From: Candidatus Buchananbacteria bacterium
GTDB lineage: Bacteria > Patescibacteriota > Patescibacteriia > 2-01-FULL-39-33
Assembly (NCBI GenBank): GCA_903888345.1
Contig: CAISTG010000015.1
Span: 11,474 to 75,473, forward strand
DNA: 64,000 bases
Reading direction: 5' to 3'
The notes beneath the pieces were generated by a model. It had not been told where the DNA came from, did no database searches, and was given only the letters and a program-made list of their open reading frames with translations. Shown here one piece after another: positions 57,505 through 64,000 of this stretch. Positions within the stretch are counted from its first letter, which is position 1. Every line of letters starts with the position of its first letter. Made by a program: the position numbers and the translations under genes.

Positions 57505-58704
57505 TTAAACTTCAGCTTGAGCTACTGCTTCAACCGCTTGTTCAGCGACTGCCTCGGCAACTGGTTCTTTAGCAATGAAATATCGAGATTTATCATTCTT
57601 CTTGATCTTGTCACTATTCATTAAGGATAGATAGACAGTCGAGCGTTTGACATTACGTCTTTCTAAAACCTTATCGATAATCTGATCTTTAGTTAATGGT
57701 CCTTCAAGATTCAAGATTTCTTCAATGACATCAGCAACATTACCTGGTTTATAGCCCCATTCAGATAAGGCATAAATGCCGCGTCCGACTAAGACATATT
57801 TAGGATCCAGGATTAATTCGTTATGAACGGTTGGCGCATAAGCGATTTTGCCGTCAAAAGCATTAGTATTGATTTCGCTAGCGATTTCCGTAAAATGCAT
57901 TGGGCGTCCGCCACGTTTTAAGGTTAGATAAATCTTATCGTTAATTTTCTTCGGCTTAACAATGCCCCAAGAAATTAAACCCCAATTATCAAAGATGTCT
58001 TGTTTGATCTTACGAGAAGCTCTTAAATAGCTTTCCAAGATCTTATTAATATCATCTTCGGTCGCTTCTAACATGGTAGTTAAACTCATGATGCGATCTT
58101 TATTGGTGATATAGAATTCTGAACTCTTAAATTGTTCCATTAAATCTTCTAGTTTGACTGGCTCACCATTCTTTTCAACGATATTAACCATTTCAGTAAT
58201 AACTAACTTCAGGAAATCAACATCAGATGATCCTAATTTCCAAAGGTTATTAAATTCTTTATCTTGATAAACCTTATTGATATTATCAGAGAAGATATGC
58301 TCAGCTAAGAACATTAAAGAATTTTCGGCATCCGGATGGGTAATCATGTAATTCAAAACATTCTCTAAGAAGAAGGTTTCTTCCATGACGCCGCCATATT
58401 GCTCCAATAATTGGACCACTAGGTTTTCGGCCTCTTTGATATCATCTTTTAAGTCGCGCAATTCCTTGAGCTTCTTAATTGAAAGATTTTCAATTTGGCG
58501 AACACGCTCACGGGTAATACCGTAGCTTTGACCAATCTCTTCCAGAGTGTGGCGTTTAGGGTGACCTAAGCCAAAACGTCTAGTTAAGACATCTTTTTCC
58601 TTAATAGCTAGGTTAGCTAAAAGAATACCTAGGGTTTCGACCGGGTTAAAGGAGGATAATCCTTCTTTAAATTTGTTTTTTCTAACTTGATCTAAAATTG
58701 ACAT
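57505..58704 (-). CDS. Putative transcription regulator: N-terminal sigma70 region-4-like HTH and C-terminal HARE-HTH domain (399 aa)
   Basis: TLEEIGQSYGITRERVRQIENLSIKKLKEL nearly mirrors RpoD region 4 in this window. C-terminal LVGRGIYALSEWGY matches the HARE-HTH signature (RNAP delta/ASXL type). Confidence 0.5.
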   Translation of the reverse strand: MSILDQVRKNKFKEGLSSFNPVETLGILLANLAIKEKDVLTRRFGLGHPKRHTLEEIGQSYGITRERVRQIENLSIKKLKELRDLKDDIKEAENLVVQLLEQYGGVMEETFFLENVLNYMITHPDAENSLMFLAEHIFSDNINKVYQDKEFNNLWKLGSSDVDFLKLVITEMVNIVEKNGEPVKLEDLMEQFKSSEFYITNKDRIMSLTTMLEATEDDINKILESYLRASRKIKQDIFDNWGLISWGIVKPKKINDKIYLTLKRGGRPMHFTEIASEINTNAFDGKIAYAPTVHNELILDPKYVLVGRGIYALSEWGYKPGNVADVIEEILNLEGPLTKDQIIDKVLERRNVKRSTVYLSLMNSDKIKKNDKSRYFIAKEPVAEAVAEQAVEAVAQAEV

Positions 58705-58955
58705 ATTTCAATTAATTTGTAGCTTATATTTTATAAAATGATTAATATGGTATAATTTAGACTATTTTTAGATGCTCTTTTTTATCTAAATTTGGCTAAA
58801 TACTACCTCTTTACTATTTTTATACCTTAATTATATCAAAAAAGATGAACTTTGTCAATAGGCGCTATTTGACATTTATCCCAATTGGATTTATAACATA
58901 TCTAACGTACATTTTGACAGTATATTTTTTCTTCAACCAACAGGAGTGCCATGAG

Positions 58956-59195
58956 ATGAGTATTCCCCAAAATTGTGCGCAATGTAACAGTAGTAATATC
59001 AGTATTAGCCATTCTTATCCCGACGATGAAGAGACTGGCAATCAAAATGACATGAATGTTATTGTCCGCATCTATGTCCAGTGTCACGCTTGCGGCCATA
59101 CCAGCTATACTGATGAATACGACGGGCAACTGGGAGCAACGCCAATCCATAAATTTGACGACTACCCGCCCGAGGATTCCGATCCCGATCATTAG
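58956..59195 (+). CDS. Small zinc-ribbon protein (~80 aa)
   Basis: CAQCN...CHACGH (two CxxC). SD aggag upstream of ATGagATG. Terminator hairpin acccgacc...ggccgggtc plus T7 at 59203-59238. Confidence 0.4.
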   Translation: MSIPQNCAQCNSSNISISHSYPDDEETGNQNDMNVIVRIYVQCHACGHTSYTDEYDGQLGATPIHKFDDYPPEDSDPDH

Positions 59196-59240
59196 ACAAT
59201 TCGTAACCGACAAAACCCGACCAATAGGCCGGGTCTTTTT

Positions 59241-60359
59241 TTAAATTTTTCCTTTTTTAATCTCGCGTCGTAATTTCTCCATTAAACGTAAATAAAATTC
59301 CAGGTTATTCAAAGTGGCTAAGCGCATCGCCAAAGGCTCGGCGGTCTTAAAGAGATGATGTAAATAGGCTTTGGTGAATTTTTTTAAATTAGTATCATTA
59401 ATCGGCGAGAAGTCTTGTTTATACTTGGCATTCATAATATTGATGGCCTCATAACCTAAGCCGCTCCCCTGCCAAAGATACAATCGTCCATGACGCGCCT
59501 CTCGCGTGGGAATTACACAATCGAACATATCAATTCCCCGCTTAACCGCTTCGATAATATTTTCAGGCGTTCCAACGCCCATCAAGTAACGCGGCTTATC
59601 ACTTGGCAATTGTGGCGCCAAATAATCTAACACCTCATACATTTGCTCATTTGACTCACCAACGGCCAACCCGCCGACCGCATAACCATCAAAATTAAGT
59701 TTCGCTAAGTCTTTGAGTGACTGTTCACGCAAATCACGATAAACCCCGCCCTGATTGATAGCGAAATATAATTGTTTGGCGGCAGCAATGGTTTCTGATT
59801 TTTTTGGCTTATTACCTAACTTCCGCGTCTTCTTAATTTCCGTCATCGCTTCCTTGGCCCATTTAGTCGTCATACTAACAGCATCGGCCACTTCTTTATG
59901 AGTGGCAGTCGATGGCGGACAAACATCTAGGATCATAGCGATATCCGAACCAATAATGCGTTCAATCTCTAAAACCGATTTCGGCGTTAGGGTGTGCTTG
60001 CTGCCATCTAAATGAGAACGGAATTCAACGCCGTGTGGCATAATCTTTCTGATTTTCGATAAGGAGAAAACCTGAAAGCCACCCGAGTCAGTCAGAATCG
60101 AGCCTTTCCAGTCCATGAACTTATGCAACCCACCAGCCCCCTTCATCACTTCCATACCAGGAGTCAAATACAAATGATAAGTATTAGACAGCAAGATTGG
60201 CGATTTTAATTCCTTAATATCGGCTGCGGTGAGATTTTTAACCGCTGCTTTAGTGGCAATCGGCATGAAGAACGGCGTCGTTAGTGTACCGTGTGCCGTT
60301 TTCAGCTTACCTAAGCGGGCTTGTGATTTTTTGGATTTTTTAAGGAGTTTAAATGACAT
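59241..60359 (-). CDS. tgt: Queuine tRNA-ribosyltransferase (tRNA-guanine transglycosylase), 372 aa
   Basis: PFFMPIATKAAVK, LLSNTYHLYLTPG, GGLHKFMDWKGSILTDSGGFQVFSL, ILDVCPP, C-terminal Zn site CVIPTREARHGRLY. Confidence 0.85.
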   Translation of the reverse strand: MSFKLLKKSKKSQARLGKLKTAHGTLTTPFFMPIATKAAVKNLTAADIKELKSPILLSNTYHLYLTPGMEVMKGAGGLHKFMDWKGSILTDSGGFQVFSLSKIRKIMPHGVEFRSHLDGSKHTLTPKSVLEIERIIGSDIAMILDVCPPSTATHKEVADAVSMTTKWAKEAMTEIKKTRKLGNKPKKSETIAAAKQLYFAINQGGVYRDLREQSLKDLAKLNFDGYAVGGLAVGESNEQMYEVLDYLAPQLPSDKPRYLMGVGTPENIIEAVKRGIDMFDCVIPTREARHGRLYLWQGSGLGYEAINIMNAKYKQDFSPINDTNLKKFTKAYLHHLFKTAEPLAMRLATLNNLEFYLRLMEKLRREIKKGKI

Positions 60360-60360
60360 G

Positions 60361-60389
60361 TTGACAATTAGGCTTTATTTTTATATAGT
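60361..60389 (+). promoter_or_regulatory. Consensus sigma70 promoter for the 60445 gene
   Basis: TTGACA (60361-60366), 17 nt, TATAGT (60384-60389). Confidence 0.55.
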
Positions 60390-60444
60390 TAACTATCATT
60401 TAGGACATTAACAATAGCCGTAACCAACCAAAAGGAATAGCAGC

Positions 60445-60732
60445 ATGGCCCTAACACCTGCAGAGTTCGAAATTGCACTAAACGAGAAGAATAAACGGGA
60501 TGAAGAATTAATGCGAGCCAAATTAGCAATTCGAGTTGATTTACTCGAGAAAATAATTGATGGCCAATTAGCTCTTGGCTCAAGTTACTGTGCCTTCGAT
60601 GACGACGAAATACTAACAACAAATGAATTGGATGAGATCGTCCGTAGATATAAGGCAGTCGGCTGGCTTAAGATTCACTATATTCCCCGACAGACTAATT
60701 TTGGCCCCCGGCTTGAATTTATATGGAAGTAA
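60445..60732 (+). CDS. Hypothetical protein (95 aa), paralog of 61053-61334
   Basis: MALTPAEFEIALNEKNK...RRYKAVGWLKIHY vs MALSPEKFEEAAVQAKK...RRLYHEAGWGEVEF. Confidence 0.5.
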   Translation: MALTPAEFEIALNEKNKRDEELMRAKLAIRVDLLEKIIDGQLALGSSYCAFDDDEILTTNELDEIVRRYKAVGWLKIHYIPRQTNFGPRLEFIWK

Positions 60733-60754
60733 CAAAGAACAAGGATCAACAACC

Positions 60755-61048
60755 ATGAACAACGATGAGCATACTGACTCTAAGTTCAATACCTACATGC
60801 ATGTGCTAAGTTTCTTTTTCTTCACTATGGCCATAACGCTACCCTATTTTAGGACCGACAATCTAGGCCTAATGTTTGCAGCAGTTTTTCTGCTCCTGGC
60901 AGGACTGACGAACCTATCACTGTGGGTCTGCAACTATCTCGGCCGAAAATTGAACGCGATCATCGAGGAATTGAGAAGCGCTAATGAAATTCCACCGATC
61001 TCAATCGATGAAGAAACCGAACCGCAACAATCACTAGAAGGAGAATAG
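60755..61048 (+). CDS. Small membrane protein (97 aa, 2 TM)
   Basis: SD aagga 10 nt upstream of ATG. Hydrophobic FFFFTMAITLPYF and LMFAAVFLLLAGL. The track's longer ORF from 60623 overlaps the previous gene and is less likely. Confidence 0.4.
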   Translation: MNNDEHTDSKFNTYMHVLSFFFFTMAITLPYFRTDNLGLMFAAVFLLLAGLTNLSLWVCNYLGRKLNAIIEELRSANEIPPISIDEETEPQQSLEGE

Positions 61049-61052
61049 AGTC

Positions 61053-61334
61053 ATGGCCCTATCGCCAGAAAAATTTGAGGAAGCGGCCGTTCAGGCCAAG
61101 AAACTGAAAATTCAATCTCAGTTAGAACAAATCGAAAAAGATTTAGACCAGGCCATTACTTACGGCAAGCGAGAGATCTATGTTGGTGAACTGCCGCTAT
61201 CGGAAACCATGATTGCAATCAGACGACTCTACCATGAGGCCGGATGGGGCGAAGTTGAGTTCAATCCAAGCCATGACAATCGATCTGCTAGACCCGGCTC
61301 AGTGCAGATTAAATTAGTTAAGCGACCAACGTAA
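61053..61334 (+). CDS. Hypothetical protein (93 aa), paralog of 60445-60732
   Basis: SD aggaga 7 nt upstream of the ATG. Shares N- and C-terminal motifs with the paralog. Confidence 0.5.
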   Translation: MALSPEKFEEAAVQAKKLKIQSQLEQIEKDLDQAITYGKREIYVGELPLSETMIAIRRLYHEAGWGEVEFNPSHDNRSARPGSVQIKLVKRPT

Positions 61335-61396
61335 CAAGTCACCGCGACAAGACTACGAACATTTATTATCACTCTGGATCACCTTCCAGAGTTTTT

Positions 61397-63391
61397 TTAT
61401 TCCGTAATACCACTCACCTGTCCCAAAATCGGATCATCAAAAGAAGTGGTGATTGCTTTTAAAGTCTTGGAAATATCGGCGCCAGTTTCTAGATCTTTGG
61501 CAACTAATTTAATTTCTGGCAACAAAACTAGGACTCGACCCAAATCAGATTCTTGCGGCGTTAAACTAATATTAAAATCAGCATTAGCGCCCTTTGCGGT
61601 CTTAGGCAATTTAGAAATTTTCCAAGTCAATTTGCGCGTTGTTTTGTTGTAAGCAATATCGCCAGTATCGACATTAGTCTTAGCATCCCAATTAATATTC
61701 TTCGGTAAGATAGCAGAGACCTCAATCGTGCCAATATCGTGTAAGTTATTAGCTAGTGAAATTTTAATATTATAAGATGAAGCCTCGCCAACATTAGGCC
61801 TGATCGGACCGGCGCCTAAGGCAACATTATTTTCATCGTAATAGCGCGCTGCTGCTCTCAAACTTAAGTCAGAGTTTATCGAATTAACTAAGGTCTTACT
61901 CTTGATAAGTACCATTTCACCAGTAATATTTTTGAATTTTGCGGTAGCTGAATTAGCAATATTAAAGGTGGTGATATTAGATTTATTTAAGGTCAACAAA
62001 TCGCTAACCCGAATCTGCCAAGAAATATCCCCCTCTTCGCCGGGACGCAACGTTAGTAACTTCGGCACCTCTTTACCAGTCCAAGTAATAGTATGATCTT
62101 TGACCCGTCCATTGTTCTCATCAGACAAAGTATCCCAATTCAGAATCTCCGAATCCAGCAAAGCCGCAAGCTCAATGTTTTTGAGATCATCCTGACCGTT
62201 ATTTTTATAACTTAAAGTATAAAACAATACATCATCAAAACTAACCGACTGATCTTGGCCCGAGCCATTAACCACCAGAGCTAAACTTAATTGATCTTTC
62301 ACTACCTCCGTAATCAAAGACTGTTCGGCCATTAGTAGGGTGTCGTTATTATTTTTCCAATTGACGCGCAACTTTATTTCTTGATTACCCGAATCAACCA
62401 GTCCGGAATAATTACCACGAATAATTAATTTAACATCAGTACTAGTAACACTTAAATCAGTCGAGGTAGCTAATTTCTTTATTACCCAGAGATTATTGGT
62501 ACCATCTTTAGTGTCGGGAGAGGAGGAAGCAACCACAAAACCCTTCGGATATTCCGCACTCACTTCTAAATTATTTAAGACCTCTTTACCGATATTTCTG
62601 ATTGTCACCCTAAATTCAGCATCTTGATTAGCTAGTAGCTTATTTGGCGCCTCAGCTACTACGACAACGACTGAAGAAGTGATTCCCAAATCAACTGAAG
62701 CCTTTTGTTTAAAGTCGGCATTAAGATTCTCGGGCTTAAAAGTCAAAGTGCCTGATAAATTATGAACGGAATTAAGTGGCGCCGTAATCTTGCCGATAAA
62801 TTTTATTTGCTGAGTTTCTCCCACTTTCAAAACACTGATATCCCAATTATTTTTCTTGTCACCGGTCGCCTCTGGCGTTCCAGAAACATACTTAAAAGCT
62901 TCCGGATACAATAAGTCAATATTTAGATTATATAAATTAACCTTTTCTTTATTGGTAATTAAAATAGTATAGGTCTGCTCTTGACCAGCCACAATGGCAA
63001 TCGGTGGTTCAATCTTAAAGGTTACTTTTTCGTTAGTGAAAGTCTCATTATTTAAATTAGAAAAAATCAAAAAACCAACAACCGAAGCCACAAACAAGAC
63101 CGTAAACACGGCGACTAAAGTATATAAGATGGTTTGCCACAATGGCCGTTGACCCTGATCAAGTCTCGTTAAATCAGGTATTTGGCCGTCATCGTCAGTA
63201 TAAACATTAGCTAAATCACGCTGCATTTCCTTAGTGCGGTCATCTTTTTTGTTCCATCGTCCCGTTAAAACTGAACCTTTATTTTTTTTGGTGATTGCCC
63301 GAGCTAAATCATCTTGCATTGTGCCGATGTTTTTATCCACCGCTGCCAATTCGGTATCATCCGAAATTGGTTTTTTTGAAAATAAAGGCAT
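61397..63391 (-). CDS. Membrane-anchored large extracytoplasmic protein (N-terminal cytoplasmic tail, one TM, then ~570-aa beta-rich ectodomain), 664 aa
   Basis: TM LWQTILYTLVAVFTVLFVASVVGFLIF. Repeated Ig/CARDB-like segments. An A8 homopolymer lies in the N-terminal coding region (63282-63289). Confidence 0.5.
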   Translation of the reverse strand: MPLFSKKPISDDTELAAVDKNIGTMQDDLARAITKKNKGSVLTGRWNKKDDRTKEMQRDLANVYTDDDGQIPDLTRLDQGQRPLWQTILYTLVAVFTVLFVASVVGFLIFSNLNNETFTNEKVTFKIEPPIAIVAGQEQTYTILITNKEKVNLYNLNIDLLYPEAFKYVSGTPEATGDKKNNWDISVLKVGETQQIKFIGKITAPLNSVHNLSGTLTFKPENLNADFKQKASVDLGITSSVVVVVAEAPNKLLANQDAEFRVTIRNIGKEVLNNLEVSAEYPKGFVVASSSPDTKDGTNNLWVIKKLATSTDLSVTSTDVKLIIRGNYSGLVDSGNQEIKLRVNWKNNNDTLLMAEQSLITEVVKDQLSLALVVNGSGQDQSVSFDDVLFYTLSYKNNGQDDLKNIELAALLDSEILNWDTLSDENNGRVKDHTITWTGKEVPKLLTLRPGEEGDISWQIRVSDLLTLNKSNITTFNIANSATAKFKNITGEMVLIKSKTLVNSINSDLSLRAAARYYDENNVALGAGPIRPNVGEASSYNIKISLANNLHDIGTIEVSAILPKNINWDAKTNVDTGDIAYNKTTRKLTWKISKLPKTAKGANADFNISLTPQESDLGRVLVLLPEIKLVAKDLETGADISKTLKAITTSFDDPILGQVSGITE

Positions 63392-63453
63392 AAAAATATA
63401 TAAAGTTTATTCAATTAAAGACGAACTAACTATTAACACGAAAAACCGGTTGC

Positions 63454-64000
63454 TTATTGCCCAGTAATCGCTTTTTTAGTGAAACCGACCGTCATGAATT
63501 TATCAGTGTCTGTTTTGCTAGAAAATAATAATTTATTATTAACGGTCTGCGCCGATTCGGGATAGAATAATTTGAGAGTTAAGTTATTAGGATAACTGAC
63601 CTCGCTGCTAAGATCATCCTGGCTTCGACCGGATTGTTTTTGAAATTTTAAACTATAGGAAGAAACCTCTGGCGAAAACAAATTCGCCGCCGCTCGAACA
63701 AGATTATTTTTGGGGTCATTTAATTCCACCTTGAATGGTAACTTATAAACTAGCACCAAATCTCGCGACTCACCTGGGCCGATCACGGTCCAATTAGCAA
63801 AAACTGTTTTGCCATTTTCTTCATAAATTTTCGTACCAGAAGTGGCATCAATAAAGGCGTTATTCTCATTCGTTAATGAAGCTAACAATTGAGCACGATC
63901 ATCAACAGTTTTAAATTTATCGGCGGTAAACCCTTTAAATCCGGCCGCCTGAATCAATTGACTGCCCGCTGGAACATAAATTCGTAAATAAGAGTTGTTA
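63454..64000 (-). CDS. C-terminal part of a further large protein (start lies beyond the window edge)
   Basis: The frame stays open to position 64000. The track's M at 63957 is a TTG inside a longer frame. Confidence 0.45.
   Translation of the reverse strand, partial: NNSYLRIYVPAGSQLIQAAGFKGFTADKFKTVDDRAQLLASLTNENNAFIDATSGTKIYEENGKTVFANWTVIGPGESRDLVLVYKLPFKVELNDPKNNLVRAAANLFSPEVSSYSLKFQKQSGRSQDDLSSEVSYPNNLTLKLFYPESAQTVNNKLLFSSKTDTDKFMTVGFTKKAITGQ

Noticed and set aside
60623-60754. Long version (141 aa) of the small membrane protein starting at 60623
   Set aside because: It overlaps the preceding paralog gene by 110 nt in another frame. An internal ATG at 60755 has an SD and yields a compact 2-TM peptide.

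Overview
This is an AT-rich bacterial window that looks like a small-genome Patescibacteria (CPR) or Gram-positive-like anaerobe; that assignment is inference. It holds a sigma70 RpoD, a dnaG-rpoD operon, rubrerythrin, desulfoferrodoxin, hemerythrin, many giant surface proteins and weak or absent SD sequences on some genes.

Layout by position:
- 1-12.6 kb: an array of giant secreted proteins. These are a PA14+GLUG protein, a GLUG-repeat protein with a peptidoglycan-binding C-terminus, and a 2,147-aa S8 subtilase with NHL beta-propeller repeats.
- 12.7-13.6 kb: an SDR reductase and a frameshifted CDGSH protein.
- 14.7-19.5 kb: candidate system 1. A Tmk-like kinase and a CYTH protein sit beside an operon with its own strong sigma70 promoter encoding two MoaA-like radical-SAM paralogs and a DUF2064::Nudix fusion. 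No Moco genes are present.
- 19.5-21.4 kb: a HelD/UvrD-like helicase.
- 21.6-30 kb: a surface-protein operon with a lipoprotein, a membrane protein, a cohesin-like anchored protein, a dockerin protein and a 1,601-aa HYR/Big_5 giant.
- 30.9-32.3 kb: an ABC-F ATPase, followed by a 91-bp palindromic element.
- 33.9-38.4 kb: candidate system 2. A six-gene operon encodes radical-SAM/SPASM, Nudix, a polyprenyl-phosphate sugar transferase, an HprK-related kinase, a P-loop kinase and a second radical SAM.
- 38.5-43.8 kb: a NAGPA/SH3b protein, malic enzyme, and an FMN-binding + ApbE + membrane FNR-like oxidoreductase module.
- 43.8-44.8 kb: a free-standing HNH endonuclease, then tRNA-Asn(GUU) split by a 234-nt group I intron.
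- 45-46.3 kb: a second sugar transferase.
- 46.4-49.7 kb: rpoD with a Lys-rich N-terminus, and dnaG.
- 49.8-52 kb: small genes arranged as two tandem modules (a GTG-start gene, then a conserved 52-nt leader, then a paralogous ~150-aa gene).
- 52-53.4 kb: desulfoferrodoxin, a GIY-YIG gene nested in a palindromic element, and rubrerythrin.
- 53.6-58.7 kb: a VirB4/VirD4/HerA-like ATPase, a polytopic membrane protein and a sigma-r4/HARE-HTH regulator.
- 59.2-60.4 kb: tgt.
- 60.4-64 kb: small paralogs and two large membrane-anchored surface proteins.

No CRISPR array and no rRNA were seen. Function calls rest on motifs recognised by eye; no database search or computation was possible.
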